A stretch of 64,000 bases of DNA from Escherichia phage FL20: sequence record PP400781; one strand, given 5' to 3'. The notes below the pieces were generated by a model, which was given only the letters and a program-made list of their open reading frames with translations, was not told the DNA's origin and did no database searches. Shown in pieces: positions 37,627-47,060 of the stretch. The position numbers were made by a program, and so were the translations under genes. Each line of letters starts with the position of its first letter. The first letter of the stretch is position 1.

Positions 37627-37914
37627 TTACAGCATACTTAATACCGTTTGCCGTGTACTAATCCACATAGCAGAAAGCAGTTCTGGCGTGTGTGGCTGTT
37701 TGTAGATATCACGTAACTTTCCGATAGCGTAGATATACGCATCACGGTTATCATCGATGATAGCTTGTTCAGCCCACCGCTTAAGGCGTGCAATCTCTCG
37801 CGAGTTCTTACGCAAGATCTTTTCCGCTTTCTTAGCGGCTTTAGCCTCTAGTTCTGCTTGTACTTTGTCTACTTCATTCACTGCAATCTGGTCATGCTGT
37901 TCATTGCAAGTCAT
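37627..37914 (-). CDS. Hypothetical protein
   Basis: 95-aa ORF between 55 and 47. Confidence 0.4.
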   Translation of the reverse strand: MTCNEQHDQIAVNEVDKVQAELEAKAAKKAEKILRKNSREIARLKRWAEQAIIDDNRDAYIYAIGKLRDIYKQPHTPELLSAMWISTRQTVLSML

Positions 37915-37915
37915 A

Positions 37916-38149
37916 TTATTTTACCTCTGGGATATAATCAATTATTAAAGAAAATTCATCTTCTGATACATTATAGCTATGTGAGATTGTACCCGTAAAG
38001 ACCTCAAGATCCGGTGATTTGATATTGCACGGATCGATAATCACCGGAACGCCGCAATCTCTCAAAAATAATTTGGCGAAATACGGCACAAGGTCAGTTT
38101 CAAACTCTGCTTCTTCCAGCAAACGGGAAATGTTAATTTTCAATCTCAT
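37916..38149 (-). CDS. Hypothetical small protein
   Basis: 77-aa ORF overlapping the 3' end of 55. Confidence 0.4.
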   Translation of the reverse strand: MRLKINISRLLEEAEFETDLVPYFAKLFLRDCGVPVIIDPCNIKSPDLEVFTGTISHSYNVSEDEFSLIIDYIPEVK

Positions 38150-38666
38150 AAAATTGGTCCAAGCTAGGCAATTCCTCGGTCAATACATCTTCAACCTTTG
38201 GCGCTTTCGGTTTATTGACCGATTCCTCGTAGTTGTTGATTTTATCGTAAATGTCCTGTATGAATGCCTCATCAGCAATCTGGCACATATCAGCGTCGCG
38301 TTCGTCATATACATGATGCACAAAATATTTGTATTTTGCGGCTGTCGCTGTTCTCTCTTTTTTAATGCGCTGTACAAAAGCATTAAAGCACGCTTGCGTG
38401 ATGTAAGCATGAGGATTTTTATACTTTGTCTCGTCAAAATTAATCAAACCCTTGACCGCCGCTTCGATTCCGTCGTCGATCATTTCTTCGCGCCATGTTT
38501 GACTATAACCAGAAAAGTTAAAACGACGTGATAGATTTTTAGAGATTTGCATAATTGCTAGGCCGATTTGATCGCTCATTGGAACTTGCCGACCTTCTGC
38601 TGCAATTTGTTGTTTCCAACGGCAAATTTCTTCGTAAAGCTCTTTATTGTTTACATAATCAGACAC
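38133..38666 (-). CDS. 55: Late-transcription sigma factor gp55
   Basis: 177 aa; [23 protein letters not shown], near-identical block [37 protein letters not shown] as in T4 gp55; start appears to be GTG. Confidence 0.85.
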   Translation of the reverse strand: MSDYVNNKELYEEICRWKQQIAAEGRQVPMSDQIGLAIMQISKNLSRRFNFSGYSQTWREEMIDDGIEAAVKGLINFDETKYKNPHAYITQACFNAFVQRIKKERTATAAKYKYFVHHVYDERDADMCQIADEAFIQDIYDKINNYEESVNKPKAPKVEDVLTEELPSLDQFYEIEN

Positions 38667-38706
38667 TTCGCACCCTCGCTATTATTTAGGAAATAACCCT
38701 TTCGGG

Positions 38707-40176
38707 CTATTCCCCATTGCCATTATACTTTCTTTGCTTAGTTATCCACACTCTAACCATCTCTACAGATTCGCCGTCAGACGGATCAAGAGTTTTTCCT
38801 TTTTTCTTCATGCGGTACTTAAATCCGTTAAATCTTGCATTCTCTTGCTCGTTAAAGTCGAACATCTTTTTAAATGATTTTCGCCCTTTACGCTCACCAC
38901 ATTCTAGCGGAATCATTCGGTCTGTTATTACATTGGCATTAGGTAGAAACGTTTTTAGATAATCCACCAACGCCCAATCAGGAACATATAGATTAACATT
39001 CTCCTTGCTCTCGTTGTCTCTCAGGTTACAACGCAAACATAATTGAAATGCTGGTTCCAGATAATCAGACACATGACGCGCTTTCAAAAACTCGTTTGTC
39101 GGGAGATCACAACTATTAGCAAGACCTTTTAAAATATCAATCTCCCATCGTTGAGGGTTAAAGCTGAACATCACAGCAACATTTTTATGATGAATGTAAG
39201 AGTTAAGACCATAAGATCCGTAAGGTATCCGCTCACCAATACCATTTGTACACGCTTCTCGGTCCCGATTCACGGTATAAATGAAGTCATCGCCACATTC
39301 ATTTTTAACCATATCAACAAGACGTTCAAAGGTATTGTTTGTTTCTGACTGGTGACGCGACCATCGTTCAGAGTCCGTCATAAGGATGATATTAACTCTA
39401 TCTGTATTTTTATACTCTTTGAAATATAGTCTGGATTCTAGCGCACTCGGAACAAAATCGCAATTTGCATAGTATCGTAGATACTTCCCACTATATGTAT
39501 CAAAGAGATTTGCACATGCTATCGTAACCTTTTTAAAGTCTCCCCACGTACCGTGTTTGTTATCGTTCAAGAAAACAATTTTCGACCCATTCTTCCGGTG
39601 TCCTTCGTTATGTTTTACCATAACGTTGATTTTCTTCTCTAATAACGCCTCATAAAGCCCTCTAAGAGAAGAATCGATCATATCAGTACCATCCTTCGCA
39701 CTTTCTATCTTTTCTTTGATAGCGGCCTTCTCAGAGTCTTTTAGAACTAAGTTCTGTAGGCATTCCGATTCGTCGGCGATTGGTTCGCAATGCTTCGTGA
39801 TAAGTTCAAGATTAGACTTAAACGGATACTCATTAAATTCAACCAGTTGAGGAACTTCATCAATGTAAAGAGCATAATCACCAAACATTTTTGAACGTTC
39901 CATATTAGATAACGCTGTATGTGTAATGAATATCACATCAGCACCGTCTTTAACTGATTGCATTATCGACGCTTGCACTGTCTTAAGGCTTCTTAGTCTT
40001 GTGCTATCAATCAAGACAGCACGACCGCCCATTCTTTTAAACTTATTGTAAGATTGTTCACTTAAAACACGAGATGGCGAAGCAATAACCGCTTTTTCTT
40101 TTGTCTCTAGGACGTGGGAAAGTATAGCATCAGTTTTCCCCGCCGCTGGCAATGCGATTAATGTTTCAATCTTCAT
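38707..40176 (-). CDS. SF2-helicase-like P-loop NTPase of unknown function (not in T4 core set)
   Basis: 489 aa; Walker A ALPAAGKT at residues 9-16, motif Ia-like IASPSRVLSEQ, Ib-like VIFITHTAL, Walker B/DExx-like LYIDEVPQL; C-terminal 350 aa without recognised motifs; start overlaps stop of upstream ORF (TAATG). Confidence 0.55.
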   Translation of the reverse strand: MKIETLIALPAAGKTDAILSHVLETKEKAVIASPSRVLSEQSYNKFKRMGGRAVLIDSTRLRSLKTVQASIMQSVKDGADVIFITHTALSNMERSKMFGDYALYIDEVPQLVEFNEYPFKSNLELITKHCEPIADESECLQNLVLKDSEKAAIKEKIESAKDGTDMIDSSLRGLYEALLEKKINVMVKHNEGHRKNGSKIVFLNDNKHGTWGDFKKVTIACANLFDTYSGKYLRYYANCDFVPSALESRLYFKEYKNTDRVNIILMTDSERWSRHQSETNNTFERLVDMVKNECGDDFIYTVNRDREACTNGIGERIPYGSYGLNSYIHHKNVAVMFSFNPQRWEIDILKGLANSCDLPTNEFLKARHVSDYLEPAFQLCLRCNLRDNESKENVNLYVPDWALVDYLKTFLPNANVITDRMIPLECGERKGRKSFKKMFDFNEQENARFNGFKYRMKKKGKTLDPSDGESVEMVRVWITKQRKYNGNGE

Positions 40177-40463
40177 TAGAAACCCTTACGTCGTGCTTTC
40201 TGGCATTTCTTGATCATTTTATCAGAAATTTCGCGCTTAGGTGCAATCTCTTTCACACCGAAAGCACTAATGCCAAATTCAGAGAGAATATATTCAACCA
40301 ACAATTCACGCACACGCGCTTTACCGATATTCACGCCGTTATTTTTCAGATATGTCTGGCCTTCGACTTGCATCAGATCTAAATCCGCGTCGGTAATATT
40401 GATTTCTTCCATGCGCCCAAATCGAGAATAAACCATGTGTGCGATTGCATTGTGTACTAACAT
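40176..40463 (-). CDS. Hypothetical protein coupled to the P-loop gene
   Basis: About 95 aa from ATG at roughly 40461-40463 with GAGGAA RBS; stop overlaps downstream start. Confidence 0.4.
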   Translation of the reverse strand: MLVHNAIAHMVYSRFGRMEEINITDADLDLMQVEGQTYLKNNGVNIGKARVRELLVEYILSEFGISAFGVKEIAPKREISDKMIKKCQKARRKGF

Positions 40464-40486
40464 AATATATTCCTCACTCAAGAATT

Positions 40487-40643
40487 ACTTAATGATACTT
40501 ACTTTACCAGATCCGTGACAATGAGCGCAACACCCATCACCACGCAATCCTGTTCCGTTACAGTGTTTACACTTCTTCAACGGTAAAGCCATTATAGCAA
40601 ATAAAGCAATAATGAACACCGAAACTAAATTCTCAATAATCAT
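40487..40643 (-). CDS. Micro-protein with TM helix and DnaJ-type double CxxCxGxG zinc finger (52 aa)
   Basis: Not in the ORF track. Translation MIIENLVSVFIIALFAIMALPLKKCKHCNGTGLRGDGCCAHCHGSGKVSIIK read from the minus strand. Confidence 0.4.
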
Positions 40644-40902
40644 AAATCGCCCTCAGTTCTTTATAGCCTCCAATGTGCTCGTTGTCAATGAATATCTGGG
40701 GGTATACAAACCGGAGGCTCTTTGAGTTTAGCCTCCCCGCCAGTTCTTCAATCATATCACGGTCGGGAATAATGTCAACCCCGACCTGCTTGAATACTGG
40801 TTTAAGTGTATACGGAATACCCAGATCATCCAGTAGCTTCATTGCACTAATACAACCATAACAATGATAAGCCTCTTTCGGTATACCGTATATCTCGATC
40901 AT
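40633..40902 (-). CDS. nrdH: Glutaredoxin-like protein (NrdH-like)
   Basis: 89 aa; CYGC redox motif near N-terminus and YPQIFIDNEHIGGYKEL glutaredoxin signature; located next to nrdG as T4 nrdH. Confidence 0.55.
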   Translation of the reverse strand: MIEIYGIPKEAYHCYGCISAMKLLDDLGIPYTLKPVFKQVGVDIIPDRDMIEELAGRLNSKSLRFVYPQIFIDNEHIGGYKELRAIYDY

Positions 40903-41399
40903 TTCTCAGCCTTTAATCTTTCTAGTTCTTCTTCCAGTTCCTTGATCCGTTGGTCACGTTCAAAGTCACGCTGTAACTTAGTGGCGAATACTCGTTTAAA
41001 CTGATTGTAATCATCGATTTTAAACACTTCTTCTTCGCCATAGCGACGCACAGAAACTTCGTAGTTATTGAAGAATTGTTGCATCATTGCTTCGGATGAT
41101 AGCTCTGCTGATACCACTTTAAAATATTGATCTTCTGTAGGCGAAAACCAATTACAAGCATAAAGATAAACCTTTTCATTGTCTGGACACTGGTAAGCCT
41201 TACCATCGATTTCAATCACAGAAACATACTCAGGTATACTAGATGAATCAATAGCTAAGACTTTAAACGCACGGTCCCCGATAAACTCGGAGATCACACG
41301 ATTCGCATCACTGGTTGCAAATGCTTTACGCGCTTGTTCGTTTTTCCACTGATAGGTCATACCAACAACAAACATATTACCAACCTCGCTCTTTACCAA
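40899..41399 (-). CDS. WEVGK-module family protein (1 module plus coiled-coil tail)
   Basis: 166 aa; GMTYQWKNEQARKAF ... FKVLAIDS ... IEIDGKAY module and C-terminal RIKELEEELERLKAEK; paralog of seven neighbouring genes. Confidence 0.5.
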   Translation of the reverse strand: MVKSEVGNMFVVGMTYQWKNEQARKAFATSDANRVISEFIGDRAFKVLAIDSSSIPEYVSVIEIDGKAYQCPDNEKVYLYACNWFSPTEDQYFKVVSAELSSEAMMQQFFNNYEVSVRRYGEEEVFKIDDYNQFKRVFATKLQRDFERDQRIKELEEELERLKAEK

Positions 41400-42201
41400 T
41401 CAAAAATTCAACTTCACGACGTTTAATGTCTTCTTGAAGGTCTTTAATCTTCTGGCGATCTTGCATGATTTCATCCATCTTGTCAAGTGCCGCAATGAAA
41501 TCATCGAAACGTTCAAAGGTTTTACCTTCATTTGCTTCGCCAAATTTAACCATTGTCAGGCCGTAACGACTACTAAACAGACGTTTCAACTGTCCAACGA
41601 TCTTAGAATCAGTGGTTATAACTTCCAATTCTTCTACTTCACGAAAGAATTTTCTATCAGAATCAATAAACCAGCTAGTTCCTTTATGGTCTCTATCTTC
41701 GGTTGCGCTCATTAGAGTATGGTCTTTACCATCAATTTCAATTACATCAATTTGCCCACATGGACGAACATTTTTAACAGTAAAAGGTCTATAATTTATT
41801 GCTCGTGCAATAACATAATTAAGGTTAGATACGTTTTCAGCATAATGGCAGAAGTCGGTCATAGCATTCACATCTTTCCAAGTATAAGTTTTACCAACTT
41901 CCCATTTCTGGGGAACTTCTTCAACTTCACGAAAGAATTTTCTATCAAATGGACTAAAGAAATATGTTGCAGTCCAAATGTCTTTTCCTGTAGCAGTTTT
42001 CGCCGTATGATAAACACCGTCTAGCTCTATTGCATTAATCCAACCGTTACCCTCGATCTCGATGATGGTAAATGGCTTGTCACCAATAGCTGCACTAATA
42101 TCGCTGTTAAGTGGAGAAAGAACACCTTCTCCGTTAGTAATAAACTCAGTTTTAGCGTTTTCATCTTTCCAGGTGTAAGTTTTACCAATTTCCCATTTCA
42201 T
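41377..42201 (-). CDS. WEVGK-module family protein (2 tandem modules plus tail)
   Basis: 274 aa; module 1 starts MKWEIGKTYTWKDENAKTEF, module 2 starts QKWEVGKTYTWKDVNAMTDF; each ends with DRKFFREVEE. Confidence 0.55.
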   Translation of the reverse strand: MKWEIGKTYTWKDENAKTEFITNGEGVLSPLNSDISAAIGDKPFTIIEIEGNGWINAIELDGVYHTAKTATGKDIWTATYFFSPFDRKFFREVEEVPQKWEVGKTYTWKDVNAMTDFCHYAENVSNLNYVIARAINYRPFTVKNVRPCGQIDVIEIDGKDHTLMSATEDRDHKGTSWFIDSDRKFFREVEELEVITTDSKIVGQLKRLFSSRYGLTMVKFGEANEGKTFERFDDFIAALDKMDEIMQDRQKIKDLQEDIKRREVEFLIGKERGW

Positions 42202-42213
42202 AATATATTCCCC

Positions 42214-42714
42214 TTAACCGATTTTATCAAGTTCGTTTAATGCTTTCTCTGCTTCCTGTATAGCTTGCACTCTTTCCGGCATTTTGTCAAGAAAATCTTT
42301 CAACTCTTCAAAACTGGAGATATGACGCAAGGCATTAGCACCGATAGCCGCATGTGATTTGCATTCAAAGCGAATTTTATAATTATCCATCGCCAATTTG
42401 AGAAGGTCTATTAGATCATATTCATGACCAGGCAATAAAACTTCTTTGAAGCACGCTCGGTCGCCATCGGAAAACCATATATTATCACCAACATCGATAG
42501 AACTAATATAATCCCCTTCGTGATTATAGATTGAACGTACATTACCCCAACGGTCTACCGTAGCGACAGTAAATGGTTTATCTAGATATGTAAACACACC
42601 ATCAATATTAGGTTTTTGTTCGTAACGCCAACAATCACGCAAAATGCGCTTTTCGTCCTCACCAACCAACTTATATGTCTTCCCTTCTTCCCATTTCATA
42701 ATATCATCTCTCAT
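42214..42714 (-). CDS. WEVGK-module family protein (1 module plus tail)
   Basis: 166 aa; MKWEEGKTYKL ... DGDRACFKEV; helical tail. Confidence 0.5.
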   Translation of the reverse strand: MRDDIMKWEEGKTYKLVGEDEKRILRDCWRYEQKPNIDGVFTYLDKPFTVATVDRWGNVRSIYNHEGDYISSIDVGDNIWFSDGDRACFKEVLLPGHEYDLIDLLKLAMDNYKIRFECKSHAAIGANALRHISSFEELKDFLDKMPERVQAIQEAEKALNELDKIG

Positions 42715-43240
42715 TTTTGATACGTGATTCTAATTGGATCATACGGTCGCGCGTTTGCTTGTATTCGCGGATAGCACCGATCCGGCTAGGCATACCATCC
42801 AGTACGCTCTTAATACCTTCTATGGTAGTAATTTTGGCAATGCTATTATGTAACCCCATCTTATCGATCAACTGAATGTCGTAGGCTTCCATAAGCAGAC
42901 CCAGACGTTCTAAAGTTAGGTCTTCTTCTTTTTCTTCCGATTCTGGAATCTTAGGTTCAATAGTAACTTCGGTAAAGAAACGACGCTCACCCGACCAAAA
43001 CCACACACCGGAACAGCCAATAGGGGATTCTTTTAACGTCATAGAGTCGAAATTACTACCAATAATAGTAATTTCTCTAACATCACCATCATCGTCAAGG
43101 TCTTCTACCCTAAACGGGCGACCAGCCAACAAGTCAACAATACATCTGTTAATAGACGACGAAAATTTAGTCAGTTCGGCTTTCGACGCTTCGCATTCAA
43201 TCTTGTAAGTTTTACCAACTTCCCATTCCATAATAATCAC
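42704..43240 (-). CDS. WEVGK-module family protein (1 module plus tail)
   Basis: 178 aa; MEWEVGKTYKI ... SGERRFFTEV; helical tail. Confidence 0.5.
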   Translation of the reverse strand: MIIMEWEVGKTYKIECEASKAELTKFSSSINRCIVDLLAGRPFRVEDLDDDGDVREITIIGSNFDSMTLKESPIGCSGVWFWSGERRFFTEVTIEPKIPESEEKEEDLTLERLGLLMEAYDIQLIDKMGLHNSIAKITTIEGIKSVLDGMPSRIGAIREYKQTRDRMIQLESRIKNER

Positions 43241-43241
43241 C

Positions 43242-43745
43242 TCAAATAATTTTCACTGGAATACTATTAACAATCTTGTATTGTACTTGATTGTCAGACC
43301 CCCGCCACGGCTTCTTCGTTGGCATATCTTTAATATAACGCCCATCGATGAACATGTCAACTGATTCTACAATTTTTCTTTGCTCATCATTCAATTGGTC
43401 AAGGGTATAACCAGACCATAGCCAAATATCTTTATTTGGCATCCATGATTTTACTTCATCGATGATCCGCTGTACACCCTTTAAATTGCGTTTATACAAT
43501 GGATCGCCACCTAAGAATGTTAGCCCCTGAATAAAATCAGGTCTAAGCAGATCCAGAATCAATCCCATTGTATCATCGGTGAATGGTTCCCCGTTCTTAG
43601 GATTGAGTAGGCTAGCATTAAAGCAACCATCACATGCGTGTGAACATCCGGTAACGTAAAGGGAGACTCTCACTCCCTCACCGTTCACCATATCACAATC
43701 TTTAATATCGGCATAGCGTAGCTTGCCGTATGTATCAGAACTCAT
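43242..43745 (-). CDS. nrdG: Anaerobic ribonucleotide reductase activating protein NrdG (radical SAM)
   Basis: 167 aa from ATG 43743-43745; DCDMVNGEGVRVSLYVTGCSHACDGCFN matches the NrdG CxxxCxxC-type cluster region; GGDP motif. Confidence 0.85.
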   Translation of the reverse strand: MSSDTYGKLRYADIKDCDMVNGEGVRVSLYVTGCSHACDGCFNASLLNPKNGEPFTDDTMGLILDLLRPDFIQGLTFLGGDPLYKRNLKGVQRIIDEVKSWMPNKDIWLWSGYTLDQLNDEQRKIVESVDMFIDGRYIKDMPTKKPWRGSDNQVQYKIVNSIPVKII

Positions 43746-43887
43746 ATTCAATTACCCCGAACTCGTTTACAATCTGCGCTTTATAGTAACCACCGCGAGA
43801 TGCTAATAGATAAGCTGGGCTTAGGTATTCGTATTCACGGATTTCTACTTGTGCGTTTTCAGTTTCCCAAATCAGTAAAGTCCACAT
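43735..43887 (-). CDS. Hypothetical micro-protein (50 aa)
   Basis: ATG at 43885-43887 with AGGAGAATCAAAT leader; the track extension runs through the promoter. Confidence 0.35.
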   Translation of the reverse strand: MWTLLIWETENAQVEIREYEYLSPAYLLASRGGYYKAQIVNEFGVIEYEF

Positions 43888-43930
43888 ATTTGATTCTCCT
43901 GTAAAGTTGTATCTCGTCTTGATGAATATA

Positions 43931-43958
43931 GTATAGGGGATCGCGAGATCCCCGTCAA
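43931..43958 (-). promoter_or_regulatory. Sigma70-type early promoter with GATC palindromic spacer
   Basis: TTGAC(G)-gggatctcgcgatcccc-TATACT. Confidence 0.5.
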
Positions 43959-43962
43959 GCAT

Positions 43963-44511
43963 TTATTTTAAATTTTTTCGAATGTATTCAGACCATTCCT
44001 TCCCTGTCATTTCGGACCCATTCTGGAAACTGAAATATTCATACGGCATCGAGTCAAGATAAAACAGGATCATACATCGCGCCATATAATACCAATCACG
44101 ATTAAAGTAAACTACGTTATCGCCAGTACCATCAGCACCTTTATCATAACCATCGCGGGTACGGGCGACCCATTGAATAGTATCATTTTTCTCACGGATC
44201 GTAACAGGTTCCCAATATCCAGCACATCCAGCATGACCACACGAACAAGTCAGGAAATATTGACCTTTTGCTTTGTTGTCATCCCATTCACGATGGATTG
44301 GTTCGATCTCGTGAAACAGTGCTAAGCAATCATGATTATGCAACACTGGCTTACCATCAATCAATGCATGGAATGTATACAAACGACCAGTAGACAAATA
44401 GATATCCTCACGCTCAACCAGTTCAATAGCAATCTTTTTAGCTCGTTCTTTGTGTCGTTGTGCTTTACGCTTACGGTTTAATGATTTCATATTCACCTCA
44501 CACATTATCAA
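43963..44511 (-). CDS. Hypothetical protein (Cys/His-containing)
   Basis: 182-aa ORF between nrdD and nrdG; contains CSCGHAGCAGYW. Confidence 0.45.
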   Translation of the reverse strand: MIMCEVNMKSLNRKRKAQRHKERAKKIAIELVEREDIYLSTGRLYTFHALIDGKPVLHNHDCLALFHEIEPIHREWDDNKAKGQYFLTCSCGHAGCAGYWEPVTIREKNDTIQWVARTRDGYDKGADGTGDNVVYFNRDWYYMARCMILFYLDSMPYEYFSFQNGSEMTGKEWSEYIRKNLK

Positions 44512-45053
44512 AGGTCGCGATATAGTACATTATGAAAATGAGAACTTGCATTACCAATATTGTAGATAATAAATTCTTCATCCGGCGCTTGCGCTACAAA
44601 TTGAGTATGAGCAACCGCCACAACCTTAAAAATACGATCCGTGATCTTGTGTTTAATTTCGGCTCCTACTTCCATAGGAACATATTCATGTGTTTCTGTT
44701 TCAGTCGCAAAACAGCCATCTTCTTCATAAGCACGAACAAATCGATCGCAATCAGTACGCTTAACAAATTCAAGAGTATACAATTCTCGTGAATTGTCGG
44801 TATAGACTAATACAGAATTATTCTGATAGCGAATCACATACAGGTTATTATCATCGTCAATTACGCAAAAGCTACGGATTTGTGTTCCTTCGCCTTTACT
44901 CCAGCAGATATTAACCACAGTTCCTCTAATAAAAAAACTTTCCTTTAAATTAAAACTAGCCAATGTGCTAGCGTGCATTTTAACAACAACACCATCGCCA
45001 ATTTCCAGTTTACGAAGTTTAACTTCTTTGTTCAGTACACAAAACATCATCAT
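44508..45053 (-). CDS. Hypothetical protein
   Basis: 181-aa ORF; promoter TTGACA-16-TATAAT at about 45084-45110. Confidence 0.45.
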   Translation of the reverse strand: MMMFCVLNKEVKLRKLEIGDGVVVKMHASTLASFNLKESFFIRGTVVNICWSKGEGTQIRSFCVIDDDNNLYVIRYQNNSVLVYTDNSRELYTLEFVKRTDCDRFVRAYEEDGCFATETETHEYVPMEVGAEIKHKITDRIFKVVAVAHTQFVAQAPDEEFIIYNIGNASSHFHNVLYRDL

Positions 45054-45121
45054 GTTGTCCTCTCGTTGTTTTCGATGTGAGCATTATACATTAGCTAATC
45101 ATGTTGTCAACACCCCAAAAC

Positions 45122-45148
45122 GAAAAAGCCGACCCTTTCGGATCGGCT
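45122..45148 (-). terminator. Rho-independent terminator downstream of nrdD
   Basis: Minus strand: agccgatccgaaagggtcggct hairpin then tttttcg; same hairpin module as at 57735-57762. Confidence 0.55.
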
Positions 45149-45153
45149 GAAAT

Positions 45154-47016
45154 TTACATGTGCTTAACGCGGTTTACCATCTCGGAGTGTTTCCCGTGGT
45201 TAAATGGACGCAGATCAACAGATCCAAGATATCCACTAACGCGACGGATAACATTCATCTTTTCCAGATTGTCATTGCCGCAATCAGGACAAACAAAACC
45301 AGACTCGGTTGCTCTCATTTCCTTAGTAGATCCGCATACATGACATACATCAGAAGGAGTATTAACACCGAAGTAGTGCAATTTATCCATTGCATAGTCT
45401 ACTACAGTTTCAAGACCTTTCAGGTTGTTTTTCATGTCTGGGAACTCAACATAAGAGATCATGCCACCGGACGCCAGCCAGTGATAATCTTTCTCAAAGT
45501 CGATTTTCTCAAATGGAGTGACTTTACGGTCTACGTCAAGGTGGAATGAGTTGGTGTACCAGTCTTTATCGGTAGCACCCTTAACAATACCAAATTTCTC
45601 TCTGTCCAGTCGATTAAATCGATAGCAAAGACTCTCGGCTGGCGTACCGTAAAGACTAAACCCAAGTCCGGTTTCGTCCTTCCATTTTTCAGTATAATGA
45701 CGCAAGATCTTAAGAATATGTTTACCGTATCGCTGCGCATCTTCCGAATCAAACGGATGAACACCAAACAGGACGCTCAATACCTCATGTAAACCAATAT
45801 ATCCAAGAGAGATACTAGCGCGACCATCTTTCAACACTTCCAAAATTTCATCGTTTTGATGAATACGGAAAAACGCACCTTCGGTATACAGCACCGGGGC
45901 AACATTGGCTTTAGCCCCTTTTAAAGCGTCTACGCGACTCATGAGCGCATCAAAGCAAATAGGCATACGATTAGCTAGCTCTTGTTCGAATAGCTCAATT
46001 CTGCGCATTACAGACGCTTTACCAGCACGACGAGCGGCAATAAGGGCAATACGCGGAAGATTCAGAGTCACAACACCTAAGTTATTACGTCCGTCTAATA
46101 CTTCTTCGCCTTTCTCATTATGCCACACACCCAGGAAGCTACGACAACCCATCGGGCTAACCGGAACACTAGATCCAGTGATACTACGGTTATTCTTCGC
46201 AGAGATATAATCAGGGTAAAGACGCTTACTAGAACATTCCAATGCAAGTTGCTTAATGTCGTAGTTCGGATCTTCCGGTTTAAGGTTTAATCCTTCTTCT
46301 AAGAACATCACCAGCTTAGGAAACACCGGAGTGATACCATCTTTACCTAAACCTTTAGTTCGAACGTTCAGGATCGCTTTCTGAATCAGTTTTTCTTCCC
46401 AGCTAGTACCCATACCAAAGGTTAAAGTCACAAAAGGAGTTTGACCGTTGGTGGAGAACAAAGTGTTGATTTCATATTCCAACGCTTGATACCCGTCTAA
46501 CGTTTCTTTTTCTGTCTTCTCTTGTGCATAGAGAGTATCAGCTTTGATTCCGTAGGTTTCGGCATCAGCAAGGTGTTTATGATATGTTTTCTTAACATAC
46601 GGTGCTAACACCTGATCGATGTTTGCAATTGTGGTCCCGCCATATTGATGACTTGCCACCTGTGCGATAATTTGAGCGGTTACAGCACAAGCAACGCCGA
46701 TTGATTTCGGACTTTCGATTTGTGCGCTACCCAATTTAAAACCATTCTCTAGCATGTCTTTAAGATTAACAAGACAGCAGTTAGTAAACGGCATAGCGGG
46801 TGCATAATCCATATCATGATAATGAATATCACCGTCTACATGCGCTTTATAGATGTGCTCAGGTAACACGGTTTTAGCAATCTGTTTAGACACAGCACCA
46901 GCAATCAGATCTCGACGTGTCGGGAATGTTCGCGCGTCTTTGTTCGCGTTCTCTTTGCTTACTTCGTTTTCTTTACCCGTTGCGATCTCTGTAATGTCTT
47001 TGATTAGTTTTTCCAT
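45154..47016 (-). CDS. nrdD: Anaerobic ribonucleoside-triphosphate reductase NrdD (class III, glycyl radical), intron-free
   Basis: 620 aa; long identical blocks with T4 NrdD (FTNCCLV, SHQYGGTT, NGQTPFVT, GSSVPVSPMGCRSFL, GVVTLNLPRIAL, TPAE, LCYRF, glycyl radical motif RRVSGYLG); single continuous ORF. Confidence 0.95.
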   Translation of the reverse strand: MEKLIKDITEIATGKENEVSKENANKDARTFPTRRDLIAGAVSKQIAKTVLPEHIYKAHVDGDIHYHDMDYAPAMPFTNCCLVNLKDMLENGFKLGSAQIESPKSIGVACAVTAQIIAQVASHQYGGTTIANIDQVLAPYVKKTYHKHLADAETYGIKADTLYAQEKTEKETLDGYQALEYEINTLFSTNGQTPFVTLTFGMGTSWEEKLIQKAILNVRTKGLGKDGITPVFPKLVMFLEEGLNLKPEDPNYDIKQLALECSSKRLYPDYISAKNNRSITGSSVPVSPMGCRSFLGVWHNEKGEEVLDGRNNLGVVTLNLPRIALIAARRAGKASVMRRIELFEQELANRMPICFDALMSRVDALKGAKANVAPVLYTEGAFFRIHQNDEILEVLKDGRASISLGYIGLHEVLSVLFGVHPFDSEDAQRYGKHILKILRHYTEKWKDETGLGFSLYGTPAESLCYRFNRLDREKFGIVKGATDKDWYTNSFHLDVDRKVTPFEKIDFEKDYHWLASGGMISYVEFPDMKNNLKGLETVVDYAMDKLHYFGVNTPSDVCHVCGSTKEMRATESGFVCPDCGNDNLEKMNVIRRVSGYLGSVDLRPFNHGKHSEMVNRVKHM

Positions 47017-47032
47017 TGTATCACCTATGAAA

Positions 47033-47052
47033 AAGCGGGATTTCTCCCGCTC
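47033..47052 (-). terminator. Hairpin terminator immediately upstream of the nrdD RBS
   Basis: Minus strand: gcgggagaaatcccgc followed by tttttcat, then AGGTGA RBS. Confidence 0.5.
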
Positions 47053-47060
47053 GTTGATAG

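Noticed and set aside
38707-40176. 489-aa ORF considered as alpha-glucosyltransferase (agt) because of its neighbourhood
   Set aside because: It has Walker A and helicase-like motifs and no resemblance to the remembered Agt sequence; it also lies on the wrong side of gene 55.
45154-47016. Group I intron or homing endonuclease inside nrdD, as in T4
   Set aside because: The ORF is continuous and collinear with T4 NrdD exons over its full length.
47033-47052. GC-rich dyad at 47033-47052 initially counted as another dyad-spacer promoter
   Set aside because: No TTGACA or TATAAT flanks it in the right geometry; on the minus strand it is followed by a T-run and so fits a terminator.
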